This document shows, one piece after another, positions 39,601-54,900 of a DNA stretch of 64,000 bases; the first letter of the stretch is position 1, and every line of letters starts with the position of its first letter. The notes below the pieces were generated by a model. It worked only from the letters and a program-made list of their open reading frames with translations. It searched no databases and had not been told where the DNA came from. Origin of the DNA: Azolla caroliniana (lineage: Eukaryota; Plantae; Polypodiophyta); the NCBI GenBank assembly GCA_043228905.1, contig JBHGNT010000074.1, forward strand, positions 1 through 64,000. Direction: 5' to 3'. Made by a program: the position numbers and the translations under genes.

Positions 39601-42600
39601 TAAAATGTTCATACCTGGCCCATGTGATATCGGATTTTTGTGTTCAAAGATGCGAATCGAAGCTAACAACACTAGCTATGATATGGAATTAAAAAATGTA
39701 GATTTTAAAACTCAAGTCGAGAGACATGAAAAAATTCAAAAGTTAGAGGAGGGAGTTGAGAAGAGCCCATGAGTAAATTAAAATGTTCATACCTGGCCCA
39801 TGTGATATCGGATTTTAGTGTTCAAACATACGAATCGAAGTTAACATTCTAGCTCTGATATGGAATTAAAAAATCAAGATCTTGAAACTCAGATCGACAG
39901 ACATGAAGAAATTACCAAATTTGAGGAGGGAGTTGAGAAAAGCGCGTCAGTATATTAAAATCTTCATACGTGGCCCATGTGATATCGGATTTTAGTGTTC
40001 AAAGATGCGAATCGAAGGTAACAACACTAGCTATGATATGGAATTAAAAAATCAAGATCTTGAAACTCATGTCGAGAGACATGAAGAAATGCTCAAGTTA
40101 GAGGAGGGAGTTGAGAAGAGCCCGTGAGTAAATTAAAATGTTCATACCTGGCCCATGTGATATCGGATTTTTGTGTTCAAAGATGCGAATCGAAGCTAAC
40201 AACACTAGCTATGATATGGAATTAAAAAATGTAGATTTTAAAACTCAAGTCGAGAGACATGAAAAAATTCAAAAGTTAGAGGAGGGAGTTTAGAAGAGCC
40301 CATGAGTAAATTAAAATGTTCATACCTGGCCCATGTGATATCGGATTTTAGTGTTTAAACATACGAATCGAAGCTAACAACACTAGCTATGATATAAAAT
40401 TAAAACATCAAGATTTTGAAACTCAGATCGACAGACATGAAGAAATTACCAAATTAGAGGAGGGAGTTGAGAAGAGCGCGTCAGTATATTAAAATCTTCA
40501 TACCTGGCCCATGTGATATCGGATATTAGTGTTCAAAGATGCGAATCGAAGGTAACAACACTAGCTATGATATGGAATTAAAAAATCAAGATCTTGAAAC
40601 TCATGTCGAGAGACATGAAGAAATTCTCAAGTTAGAGGAGGGAGTTGAGAAGAGCCCGTGACTAAATTAAAATGTTCATACCTGGCCCATGTGATATAGG
40701 ATTTTTGTGTTCAAAGATGCGAATCGAAGCTAACAACACTAGCTATGATATGGAATTAAAAAATGTAGATTTTAAAACTCAAGTCGAGAGACATGAAGAA
40801 ATTCAAAAGTTAGAGGAGGGAATTGAGAAGAGCCCATGAGTAAATTAAAATGTTCATACCTGGCCCATGTGATATCGGATTTTAGTGTTCAAACATACGA
40901 ATCGAAGTTAACATTCTAGCTCTGATATGGAATTAAAAAATCAAGATCTTGAAACTCAGATCGACAGACATGAAGAAATTACCAAATTAGAGGAGGGAGT
41001 TGAGAAGAGCGCGTCAGTATATTAAAATCTTCATACCTGGCCCATGTGATATCGGATATTAGTGTTCAAAGATGCGAATCGAAGGTAACAACACTAGCTA
41101 TGATATGGTGTTAAAAAATCAAGATCTTAAAACTCATGTCGAGAGACATGAAGAAATGCTCAAGTTAGAGGAGGGAGTTGAGAAGAGCCCGTGAGTAAAT
41201 TAAAATGTTCATACCTGGCCCATGTGATATCGGATTTTTGTGTTCAAAGATGCGAATCGAAGCTAACAACACTAGCTATGATATGGAATTAAAAAATGTA
41301 GATTTTAAAACTCAAGTCGAGAGACATGAAAAAATTCAAAAGTTAGAGGAGGGAGTTGAGAAGAGCCCATGAGTAAATTAAAATGTTCATACCTGGCCCA
41401 TGTGATATCGGATTTTAGTGTTCAAACATACGAATCGAAGTTAACATTCTAGCTCTGATATGGAATTAAAAAATCAAGATCTTGAAACTCAGATCGACAG
41501 ACATGAAGAAATTACCAAATTTGAGGAGGGAGTTGAGAAAAGCGCGTCAGTATATTAAAATCTTCATACGTGGCCCATGTGATATCGGATTTTAGTGTTC
41601 AAAGATGCGAATCGAAGGTAACAACACTAGCTATGATATGGAATTAAAAAATCAAGATCTTGAAACTCATGTCGAGAGATATGAAGAAATGCTCAAGTTA
41701 GAGTAGGGAGTTGAGAAGAGCGGGTCAGTATATTAAAATGTTCATACCTGGCCCATGTGATATCAGATTTTAGTGTTCAAAGATGCGAATCGAAGCTAAC
41801 AACGCTACCTATAATATGGAATTAAAAAATCAAGATTTTGAAACTCAGATCGACAGACATGAAGAAATTACCAAATTTTAGGAGGGAGTTGAGAAGAGCG
41901 CGTCAGTAGATTAAAATGTTCATACCTGGCCCGTGTGATATCGGATTTTAGTGTTCAAAGATGCGAATCGAAGGTAACAACACTAGCTATGATATGGAAT
42001 TAAAAAATCAAGATCTTGAAACTCATGTCGAGAGACATAAAGAATTTACCAAATTAGAGGAGGGAGTTGAAAAGAGCGCGTCAGTATACTAAAATGTTCA
42101 TAACTGGCCCATGTGATATCGGATTTTTGTATTCAAAGATGCGAAACGAAGCTAATAACACTAGCTATGATATGGTATTAAAAAATCAAGATTTTGAAAC
42201 TCAGATTGACAGACATGAAGAAATTACCAAATTTGAGGAGGCAGTTGAGAAGAGCGGGTCAGTATATTAAAATCTTCATACCTGGCTCGGGTGATCCCGG
42301 ATTTTAGTGTTCAAAGATGCAAATCGAAGCTAACAACACTAGCTATGATATAAAATTAAAAAATCAAGATTTTGAAACTCAAGTTGAGAGACATGATAAA
42401 ATTCGCAAGTTAGAGGAGGGAGTTGACAAAGAGCCCGTGAGTAAATTAAAATGTTCATACCTGGCCCATGTGATATCGGAATTTAGTGTTCAAAGATGCG
42501 AATCGAAGGTAACAACGCTAGCTCTGATATGGAACTAAAATGTTCATACCTGGCCCATGAGTAAATTAAAATGTTCATACCTGGCCCATGTGATATCGGA

Positions 42601-42905
42601 TTTTAGTGTTCAAACATACGAATCGAAGTTAACATTCTAGCTCTGATATGGAATTAAAAAATCAAGATCTTGAAACTCAGATCGACAGACATGAAGAAAT
42701 TACCAAATTTGAGGAGGGAGTTGAGAAAAGCGCGTCAGTATATTAAAATCTTCATACGTGGGCCATGTGATATCGGATTTTAGTGTTCAAAGATGCGAAT
42801 CGAAGGTAACAACACTAGCTATGATATGGAATTAAAAAATCAAGATCTTGAAACTCATGTCGAGAGATATGAAGAAATGCTCAAGTTAGAGTAGGGAGTT
42901 GAGAA
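33680..42905 (+). repeat. Domain 3: return of the A-F 6-mer HOR
   Basis: Same A-F markers and the same private variants as 1-3.7 kb (tgtttaaacatac, tatggtgttaaa, tgatatagga, gggtcaggatatt). Confidence 0.88.
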
Positions 42906-45900
42906 GAGCGCGTCAGTATACTAAAATGTTCATAACTGGCCCATGTGATATCGGATTTTTGTGTTCAAAGATGCGAATCGAAGCTAACAACACTAGCTAT
43001 GATATGGAATAAAAAAATGTAGATTTTAAAACTCAGATTGACAGACATGAAGAAATTACCAAATTTGAGGAGGGAGTTGAGAAGAGCGCGTCAGTAAATT
43101 AAAATGTTCATACCTGGCTCGGGTGATCCCGGATTTTTGTGTTCAAAGATGCGAATCGAAGCTAACAACACTAGCTATGATATAAAATTAAAAAATCAAG
43201 ATTTTGAAACTCAAGTCGAGAGACATGATGAAATTCGCAAGTTAGAGGAGGGAGTTGAGAAGAGCCCGTTAGTAAATTAAAATGTTCATACCTGGCCCAT
43301 GTGATATCGGTATTTAGTGTTCAAAGATTCGAATCCAAGGTAACAACGCTAGCTCTGATATGGAATTAAAAAATCAAGATTTTGAAACTCAGATCAACAG
43401 ACATGAAGAAATTACCAAATTAGAGGAGGGAGTTGAGAAGAGCGCGTCAGTATATTAAAATCTTCATACCTGGCCCATGTGATATCGGATTTTAGTGTTC
43501 AAAGATGCAAATTGAAGCAAACAACGCTATCTATGAATGTGAATTAAAAAATCAAGATTTTGAAACTCAAGTCGATATACCTGAAAAAATTACCAAATTT
43601 GAGGAGGGAGTTGAGAAGAGATCGTGAGTAAATTAAAATGTTCATACCTGGCCCATGTGATATCGGATTTTAGTGTTCAAAGATGCGAATCGAAGCTAAC
43701 AATGTTAGCTCTGATATGGAATTAAAAAATGTAGATTTTAAAACTCAAGTCGAAAGATATGAAGAAATTCGCAAGTTAGAGGAGGGAGTTAAGAAGAGCC
43801 GGTCAGTAAATTAAAATGTTCATACCTCGCTCGGGTGATACCGGATTTTTGTGTTCAAAGATGCGAATCGAAGCTAATAACACTAGCTATGATATGGAAT
43901 TAAAAAATGTAGATTTTAAAACTCAAGTCGAGAGACATGAAGAAATTCAAAAGTTAGAGGAGGGCGTTGAGAAGAGCCCATGAGTAAATTAAAATGTTCG
44001 TACCTGGCCCATGTGATATCGAATTTTAGTGTTCAAACATACGAATCGAAGCTAACAATGCTAGCTCTGATATGGAATTAAAAAATGTAGATTTTAAAAC
44101 TCAAGTCGAGAGACATGAAGAAATTCGCAAGTTAGAGGAGGGAGTTGAGAAGAGCCCATGAGTAAATTAAAATGTTCATACCTGGCCCATGTGATATCGG
44201 ATTTCTGTGTTCAAAGATGCGAATCGAAGGTAACAACGCTAGCTCTGAAAAGGACTTAAAAAATCAAGATTTTGAAACTCAGATCGATAGACATGAAGAA
44301 ATTACCAAATTAGAGAAGGGAGTTGAGAAAAGCGCGTCAGTATATTAAAATGTTCATACCTGGCCTATGTGATATCGGATTTTAGTGTTCAAAGATGCGA
44401 ATCGAAGCTAACAACGCTATCTATGAATTTGAATTAAAAAATCAAGATTTTGAAAATCAAGTCGATAGACATGAAGAAATTGGCAAGTTAGAGGAGGGCG
44501 TTGAGAAGAGCCCGTGAGTAATTTAAAATGTTCATACCTGGCCCATGTGATATCGGAATTTAGTGTTCAAAGATGCGAATCGAAGGTAACAACGCTAGCT
44601 ATGAAATGGAATTAAAAAATCAAGATTTTGAAGCTCAGATCGACAGACATGAAGAAATTACCAAATTAGAGGAGGGAGTTGTGAAGAGCACGTTAGTATA
44701 TTAAAATCTTCATACCTGGCCCATGTGATATCGGATTTTAGTGTTCAAAGATGCGAATCGAAGATAACAACACTAGCTATGATATGGAATTAAAAAATCA
44801 AGATCTTGAAACTCATGTCGAGAGATATGAAGAAATGCTCAAGTTAGAGTAGGGAGTTGAGAAGAGCCTGTGAGTAAATTAAAATGTTCATACCTGGCCC
44901 ATGTGATATCGGATTTTAGTGTTCAAAGATGCGAATCGAAGGTAACAACGCTAGCTCTGATATGGAATTAAAAAATCAAGATTTTGAAACTCAGATCGAG
45001 AGACATGAAGAAATTACCAAATTAGAGGAGGGAGTTGAGAAGAGCGCGTCAGTATATTGAAATCTTCATACCTGGCCCATGTGATATCGGATTTGAGTGT
45101 TCAAAGATGCGAATCGAAGGTAACAACACTAGCTATGATATGGAATTAAAAAATCAAGATCTTGAAACTCAAGTCGAGAGACATAAAGAAATTACCAAAT
45201 TAGAGGAGGGAGCTGAAAAGAGCGCGTCAGTATACTAAAATGTTCATAACTGGCCCATGTGATATCGGATTTTTGTGTTCAAAGATGCGAATCGAAGCTA
45301 ACAACACTAGCTATGATATCGAATTATAAAATCAAGATCTTGAAACTCATGTCGAGAGATATGAAGAAATGCTCAAGTTAGAGTAGGGAGTTGAGAAGAG
45401 CCCGTGAGTAAATTAAAATGTTCATACCTGGCTCTGGTGATCCCGGATTTTTGTGTTCAAAGATGCAAATCGAAGCTAACAACACTAGCGATGATATAAT
45501 ATTAAAAAATCAAGATTTTGAAACTCAAGTCGAGAGACATGATGAAATTCGCAAGTTAGAGGAGGGAGTTGAGATGAGCCTGTGAGTAAATTAAAATGTT
45601 CATACCTGGCCCATGTGATATCGGAATTTAGTGTTCAAAGATGCGAATCGAAGGTAACAACGCTAGCTCTGATATGGAATTAAAAAATCAAGATTTTGAA
45701 ACTCAGATCAACAGACATGAAGAAATTCCCGAATTAGAGGAGGGAGTTGAGAAGAGCGCGTCAGTATATTAAAATCTTCATACCTGGCCCATGTGATATT
45801 GGATTTTAGTGTTCAAAGATGCAAATCGAAGGTAACAACACTAGCTATGATATGGAATTAAAAAATCAAGATCTTGAAACTCATGTCGAGAGATATGAAG

Positions 45901-48900
45901 AAATGCTCAAGTTAGAGTAGGGAGTTGAGAAGAGCCCGTGAGTAAATTAAAATGTTCATACCTGGCCCAGGTGATATCGGAATTTAGTGTTCAAAGATGC
46001 GAATCGAAGGTAACAACACTAGCTATGATATGGAATTAAAAAATGAAGATGTTGAAACTCATGTCGAGAGACATAAAGAAATTACCAAATTAGAGGAGGG
46101 AGTTGAAAAGAGCGCGTCAGTATACTAAAATGTTCATAACTGGGCCATGTGATATCGGATTTTTGTGTTCAAAGATGCGAATCGAAGCTAACAACACTAG
46201 CTATGATATGGAATTAAAAAAACAAGATTTTGAAACTCAGATTGAGAGACATGAAGAAATTACCAAATTTGAGGACGGAGTTGAGAAGAGCGCGTCAGTA
46301 AATTAAAATGTTCATACATGGCTCGGGTGATCCCGGATTTTTGTGTTCAAAGATGCAAATCGAAGCTAACAACACTAGCTATGATATAAAATTAAAAAAT
46401 CAAGATTTTGAAACTCAAGTCGAGAGACATGATAAAATTCGCAAGTTCGAGGAGGGAGTTCAGAAGAGCCCGTTAGTAAATTAAAATGTTCACACCTGGC
46501 CCATGTGATATCGGAATTTAGTGTTCAAAGATTCGAATCGAAGGTAACAACGCTACCTCTGATATGGAATTAAAAAATCAAGATTTTGAAACTCAGATCA
46601 ACAGACATGAAGAAATTACCAAATTAGAGGTGGGAGTTGAGAAGAGCGCGTCAGTATATTAAAATCTTCATACCTGGCCCATGTGATATCGGATTTTAGT
46701 GTTCAAAGATGCGAATTGAAGGTAACAACACTAGCTATGATATGGAATTAAAAAATCAAGATCTTGAAACTCATGTCGAGAGACATCAAGAAATTACCAA
46801 ATTAGAGGAGGGAGTTGAAAAGAGCGCGTCAGTATACTAAAATGTTCATAACTGGCCCATGTGATATCGGATTTGAGTGTTCAAAGATGCGAATCGAAGC
46901 TAACAACACTAGCTATGATATGGAATTAAAAAATCAAGATCTTGAAACTCATGTCGAGAGATATGAAGAAATGCTCAAGTTAGAGTAGGGAGTTGAGAAG
47001 AGCCTGTGAGTAAATTAAAATGTTCATACTTGGCCCATGTGATATCGGATTTTAGTGTTCAAAGATGCGAATCGAAGGTAACAACGCTAGCTCTGATATG
47101 GAATTAAAAAATCAAGATTTTGAAACTCAGATCGACAGACATGAAGAAATTACCAAATTTTAGGAGGGAGTTGAGAAGAGCGCGTCAGTAGATTAAAATG
47201 TTCATACCTGGCCCGTGTGATATCGGATTTTAGTGTTCAAAGATGCGAATCGAAGGTAACAACACTAGCTATGATATGGAATTAAAAAATCAAGATCTTG
47301 AAACTCATGTCGAGAGACATAAAGAATTTACCAAATTAGAGGAGGGAGTTGAAAAGAGCGCGTCAGTATACTAAAATGTTCATAACTGGCCCATGTGATA
47401 TCGGATTTTTGTATTCAAAGATGCGAAACGAAGCTAATAACACTAGCTATGATATGGTATTAAAAAATCAAGATTTTGAAACTCAGATTGACAGACATGA
47501 AGAAATTACCAAATTTGAGGAGGCAGTTGAGAAGAGCGGGTCAGTATATTAAAATCTTCATACCTGGCTCGGGTGATCCCGGATTTTAGTGTTCAAAGAT
47601 GCAAATCGAAGCTAACAACACTAGCTATGATATAAAATTAAAAAATCAAGATTTTGAAACTCAAGTTGAGAGACATGATAAAATTCGCAAGTTAGAGGAG
47701 GGAGTTGACAAAGAGCCCGTGAGTAAATTAAAATGTTCATACCTGGCCCATGTGATATCGGAATTTAGTGTTCAAAGATGCGAATCGAAGGTAACAACGC
47801 TAGCTCTGATATGGAACTAAAAAATCAAGATTTTGAAACTCAGATCGACAGACATGAAGAAATTACCAAATTAGAGGAGGGAGTTGAGAAGAGCGCGTCA
47901 GTATATTAAAATCTTCATACCTGGCCCATGTGATATCCGATTTTAGTGTTCAAAGATGCGAATCGAAGCTAACAACACTAGCTATGATATGGAATTAAAA
48001 AATCAAGATCTTGAAACTCATGTCGAGAGACATAAAGAAATTACCAAATTAGAGGAGGGAGTTGAAAAGAGCGCGTCATTATACTAAAATGTTCATAACT
48101 GGCCCATGTGTTATCGGATTTTTGTGTTCAAAGATGCGAATCGAAGCTAACAACACTAGCTATGATATGGAATTAAAAAATGTAGATTTTAAAACTCAGA
48201 TTGACAGACATGAAGAAATTACCAAATTTGAGGAGGGAGTTGAAAAGAGCGCGTCAGTATACTAAAATGTTCATAACTGGCCCATGTGATATCGGATTTT
48301 TGTGTTCAAAGATGCGAATCGAAGCTAACAACACTAGCTATGATATGGAATAAAAAAATGTAGATTTTAAAACTCAGATTGACAGACATGAAGAAATTAC
48401 CAAATTTGAGGAGGGAGTTGAGAAGAGCGCGTCAGTAAATTAAAATGTTCATACCTGGCTCGGGTGATCCCGGATTTTTGTGTTCAAAGATGCGAATCGA
48501 AGCTAACAACACTAGCTATGATATAAAATTAAAAAATCAAGATTTTGAAACTCAAGTCGAGAGACATGATGAAATTCGCAAGTTAGAGGAGGGAGTTGAG
48601 AAGAGCCCGTTAGTAAATTAAAATGTTCATACCTGGCCCATGTGATATCGGTATTTAGTGTTCAAAGATTCGAATCCAAGGTAACAACGCTAGCTCTGAT
48701 ATGGAATTAAAAAATCAAGATTTTGAAACTCAGATCAACAGACATGAAGAAATTACCAAATTAGAGGAGGGAGTTGAGAAGAGCGCGTCAGTATATTAAA
48801 ATCTTCATACCTGGCCCATGTGATATCGGATTTTAGTGTTCAAAGATGCAAATTGAAGCAAACAACGCTATCTATGAATGTGAATTAAAAAATCAAGATT

Positions 48901-51900
48901 TTGAAACTCAAGTCGATATACCTGAAAAAATTACCAAATTTGAGGAGGGAGTTGAGAAGAGATCGTGAGTAAATTAAAATGTTCATACCTGGCCCATGTG
49001 ATATCGGATTTTAGTGTTCAAAGATGCGAATCGAAGCTAACAATGTTAGCTCTGATATGGAATTAAAAAATGTAGATTTTAAAACTCAAGTCGAAAGATA
49101 TGAAGAAATTCGCAAGTTAGAGGAGGGAGTTAAGAAGAGCCGGTCAGTAAATTAAAATGTTCATACCTCGCTCGGGTGATACCGGATTTTTGTGTTCAAA
49201 GATGCGAATCGAAGCTAATAACACTAGCTATGATATGGAATTAAAAAATGTAGATTTTAAAACTCAAGTCGAGAGACATGAAGAAATTCAAAAGTTAGAG
49301 GAGGGCGTTGAGAAGAGCCCATGAGTAAATTAAAATGTTCGTACCTGGCCCATGTGATATCGAATTTTAGTGTTCAAACATACGAATCGAAGCTAACAAT
49401 GCTAGCTCTGATATGGAATTAAAAAATGTAGATTTTAAAACTCAAGTCGAGAGACATGAAGAAATTCGCAAGTTAGAGGAGGGAGTTGAGAAGAGCCCAT
49501 GAGTAAATTAAAATGTTCATACCTGGCCCATGTGATATCGGATTTCTGTGTTCAAAGATGCGAATCGAAGGTAACAACGCTAGCTCTGAAAAGGACTTAA
49601 AAAATCAAGATTTTGAAACTCAGATCGATAGACATGAAGAAATTACCAAATTAGAGAAGGGAGTTGAGAAAAGCGCGTCAGTATATTAAAATGTTCATAC
49701 CTGGCCTATGTGATATCGGATTTTAGTGTTCAAAGATGCGAATCGAAGCTAACAACGCTATCTATGAATTTGAATTAAAAAATCAAGATTTTGAAAATCA
49801 AGTCGATAGACATGAAGAAATTGGCAAGTTAGAGGAGGGCGTTGAGAAGAGCCCGTGAGTAATTTAAAATGTTCATACCTGGCCCATGTGATATCGGAAT
49901 TTAGTGTTCAAAGATGCGAATCGAAGGTAACAACGCTAGCTATGAAATGGAATTAAAAAATCAAGATTTTGAAGCTCAGATCGACAGACATGAAGAAATT
50001 ACCAAATTAGAGGAGGGAGTTGTGAAGAGCACGTTAGTATATTAAAATCTTCATACCTGGCCCATGTGATATCGGATTTTAGTGTTCAAAGATGCGAATC
50101 GAAGATAACAACACTAGCTATGATATGGAATTAAAAAATCAAGATCTTGAAACTCATGTCGAGAGATATGAAGAAATGCTCAAGTTAGAGTAGGGAGTTG
50201 AGAAGAGCCTGTGAGTAAATTAAAATGTTCATACCTGGCCCATGTGATATCGGATTTTAGTGTTCAAAGATGCGAATCGAAGGTAACAACGCTAGCTCTG
50301 ATATGGAATTAAAAAATCAAGATTTTGAAACTCAGATCGAGAGACATGAAGAAATTACCAAATTAGAGGAGGGAGTTGAGAAGAGCGCGTCAGTATATTG
50401 AAATCTTCATACCTGGCCCATGTGATATCGGATTTGAGTGTTCAAAGATGCGAATCGAAGGTAACAACACTAGCTATGATATGGAATTAAAAAATCAAGA
50501 TCTTGAAACTCAAGTCGAGAGACATAAAGAAATTACCAAATTAGAGGAGGGAGCTGAAAAGAGCGCGTCAGTATACTAAAATGTTCATAACTGGCCCATG
50601 TGATATCGGATTTTTGTGTTCAAAGATGCGAATCGAAGCTAACAACACTAGCTATGATATCGAATTATAAAATCAAGATCTTGAAACTCATGTCGAGAGA
50701 TATGAAGAAATGCTCAAGTTAGAGTAGGGAGTTGAGAAGAGCCCGTGAGTAAATTAAAATGTTCATACCTGGCTCTGGTGATCCCGGATTTTTGTGTTCA
50801 AAGATGCAAATCGAAGCTAACAACACTAGCGATGATATAATATTAAAAAATCAAGATTTTGAAACTCAAGTCGAGAGACATGATGAAATTCGCAAGTTAG
50901 AGGAGGGAGTTGAGATGAGCCTGTGAGTAAATTAAAATGTTCATACCTGGCCCATGTGATATCGGATTTGAGTGTTCAAAGATGCGAATCGAAGGTAACA
51001 ACACTAGCTATGATATGGAATTAAAAAATCAAGATCTTGAAACTCAAGTCGAGAGACATAAAGAAATTACCAAATTAGAGGAGGGAGCTGAAAAGAGCGC
51101 GTCAGTATACTAAAATGTTCATAACTGGCCCATGTGATATCGGATTTTTGTGTTCAAAGATGCGAATCGAAGCTAACAACACTAGCTATGATATCGAATT
51201 ATAAAATCAAGATCTTGAAACTCATGTCGAGAGATATGAAGAAATGCTCAAGTTAGAGTAGGGAGTTGAGAAGAGCCCGTGAGTAAATTAAAATGTTCAT
51301 ACCTGGCTCTGGTGATCCCGGATTTTTGTGTTCAAAGATGCAAATCGAAGCTAACAACACTAGCGATGATATAATATTAAAAAATCAAGATTTTGAAACT
51401 CAAGTCGAGAGACATGATGAAATTCGCAAGTTAGAGGAGGGAGTTGAGATGAGCCTGTGAGTAAATTAAAATGTTCATACCTGGCCCATGTGATATCGGA
51501 ATTTAGTGTTCAAAGATGCGAATCGAAGGTAACAACGCTAGCTCTGATATGGAATTAAAAAATCAAGATTTTGAAACTCAGATCAACAGACATGAAGAAA
51601 TTCCCGAATTAGAGGAGGGAGTTGAGAAGAGCGCGTCAGTATATTAAAATCTTCATACCTGGCCCATGTGATATTGGATTTTAGTGTTCAAAGATGCAAA
51701 TCGAAGGTAACAACACTAGCTATGATATGGAATTAAAAAATCAAGATCTTGAAACTCATGTCGAGAGATATGAAGAAATGCTCAAGTTAGAGTAGGGAGT
51801 TGAGAAGAGCCCGTGAGTAAATTAAAATGTTCATACCTGGCCCAGGTGATATCGGAATTTAGTGTTCAAAGATGCGAATCGAAGGTAACAACACTAGCTA

Positions 51901-54900
51901 TGATATGGAATTAAAAAATGAAGATGTTGAAACTCATGTCGAGAGACATAAAGAAATTACCAAATTAGAGGAGGGAGTTGAAAAGAGCGCGTCAGTATAC
52001 TAAAATGTTCATAACTGGGCCATGTGATATCGGATTTTTGTGTTCAAAGATGCGAATCGAAGCTAACAACACTAGCTATGATATGGAATTAAAAAAACAA
52101 GATTTTGAAACTCAGATTGAGAGACATGAAGAAATTACCAAATTTGAGGACGGAGTTGAGAAGAGCGCGTCAGTAAATTAAAATGTTCATACATGGCTCG
52201 GGTGATCCCGGATTTTTGTGTTCAAAGATGCAAATCGAAGCTAACAACACTAGCTATGATATAAAATTAAAAAATCAAGATTTTGAAACTCAAGTCGAGA
52301 GACATGATAAAATTCGCAAGTTCGAGGAGGGAGTTCAGAAGAGCCCGTTAGTAAATTAAAATGTTCACACCTGGCCCATGTGATATCGGAATATAGTGTT
52401 CAAAGATTCGAATCGAAGGTAACAACGCTACCTCTGATATGGAATTAAAAAATCAAGATTTTGAAACTCAGATCAACAGACATGAAGAAATTACCAAATT
52501 AGAGGTGGGAGTTGAGAAGAGCGCGTCAGTATATTAAAATCTTCATACCTGGCCCATGTGATATCGGATTTTAGTGTTCAAAGATGCGAATTGAAGGTAA
52601 CAACACTAGCTATGATATGGAATTAAAAAATCAAGATCTTGAAACTCATGTCGAGAGACATCAAGAAATTACCAAATTAGAGGAGGGAGTTGAAAAGAGC
52701 GCGTCAGTATACTAAAATGTTCATAACTGGCCCATGTGATATCGGATTTGAGTGTTCAAAGATGCGAATCGAAGCTAACAACACTAGCTATGATATGGAA
52801 TTAAAAAATCAAGATCTTGAAACTCATGTCGAGAGATATGAAGAAATGCTCAAGTTAGAGTAGGGAGTTGAGAAGAGCCTGTGAGTAAATTAAAATGTTC
52901 ATACCTGGCCCATGTGATATCGGATTTTAGTGTTCAAAGATGCGAATCGAAGGTAACAACGCTAGCTCTGATATGGAATTAAAAAATCAAGATTTTGAAA
53001 CTCAGATCGACAGACATGAAGAAATTACCAAATTTTAGGAGGGAGTTGAGAAGAGCGCGTCAGTAGATTAAAATGTTCATACCTGGCCCGTGTGATATCG
53101 GATTTTAGTGTTCAAAGATGCGAATCGAAGGTAACAACACTAGCTATGATATGGAATTAAAAAATCAAGATCTTGAAACTCATGTCGAGAGACATAAAGA
53201 ATTTACCAAATTAGAGGAGGGAGTTGAAAAGAGCGCGTCAGTATACTAAAATGTTCATAACTGGCCCATGTGATATCGGATTTTTGTATTCAAAGATGCG
53301 AAACGAAGCTAATAACACTAGCTATGATATGGTATTAAAAAATCAAGATTTTGAAACTCAGATTGACAGACATGAAGAAATTACCAAATTTGAGGAGGCA
53401 GTTGAGAAGAGCGCGTCAGTATACTAAAATGTTCATAACTGGCCCATGTGATATCGGATTTTTGTGTTCAAAGATGCGAATCGAAGCTAACAACACTAGC
53501 TATGATATGGAATAAAAAAATGTAGATTTTAAAACTCAGATTGACAGACATGAAGAAATTACCAAATTTGAGGAGGGAGTTGAGAAGAGCGCGTCAGTAA
53601 ATTAAAATGTTCATACCTGGCTCGGGTGATCCCGGATTTTTGTGTTCAAAGATGCGAATCGAAGCTAACAACACTAGCTATGATATAAAATTAAAAAATC
53701 AAGATTTTGAAACTCAAGTCGAGAGACATGATGAAATTCGCAAGTTAGAGGAGGGAGTTGAGAAGAGCCCGTTAGTAAATTAAAATGTTCATACCTGGCC
53801 CATGTGATATCGGTATTTAGTGTTCAAAGATTCGAATCCAAGGTAACAACGCTAGCTCTGATATGGAATTAAAAAATCAAGATTTTGAAACTCAGATCAA
53901 CAGACATGAAGAAATTACCAAATTAGAGGAGGGAGTTGAGAAGAGCGCGTCAGTATATTAAAATCTTCATACCTGGCCCATGTGATATCGGATTTTAGTG
54001 TTCAAAGATGCAAATTGAAGCAAACAACGCTATCTATGAATGTGAATTAAAAAATCAAGATTTTGAAACTCAAGTCGATATACCTGAAAAAATTACCAAA
54101 TTTGAGGAGGGAGTTGAGAAGAGATCGTGAGTAAATTAAAATGTTCATACCTGGCCCATGTGATATCGGATTTTAGTGTTCAAAGATGCGAATCGAAGCT
54201 AACAATGTTAGCTCTGATATGGAATTAAAAAATGTAGATTTTAAAACTCAAGTCGAAAGATATGAAGAAATTCGCAAGTTAGAGGAGGGAGTTAAGAAGA
54301 GCCGGTCAGTAAATTAAAATGTTCATACCTCGCTCGGGTGATACCGGATTTTTGTGTTCAAAGATGCGAATCGAAGCTAATAACACTAGCTATGATATGG
54401 AATTAAAAAATGTAGATTTTAAAACTCAAGTCGAGAGACATGAAGAAATTCAAAAGTTAGAGGAGGGCGTTGAGAAGAGCCCATGAGTAAATTAAAATGT
54501 TCGTACCTGGCCCATGTGATATCGAATTTTAGTGTTCAAACATACGAATCGAAGCTAACAATGCTAGCTCTGATATGGAATTAAAAAATGTAGATTTTAA
54601 AACTCAAGTCGAGAGACATGAAGAAATTCGCAAGTTAGAGGAGGGAGTTGAGAAGAGCCCATGAGTAAATTAAAATGTTCATACCTGGCCCATGTGATAT
54701 CGGATTTCTGTGTTCAAAGATGCGAATCGAAGGTAACAACGCTAGCTCTGAAAAGGACTTAAAAAATCAAGATTTTGAAACTCAGATCGATAGACATGAA
54801 GAAATTACCAAATTAGAGAAGGGAGTTGAGAAAAGCGCGTCAGTATATTAAAATGTTCATACCTGGCCTATGTGATATCGGATTTTAGTGTTCAAAGATG

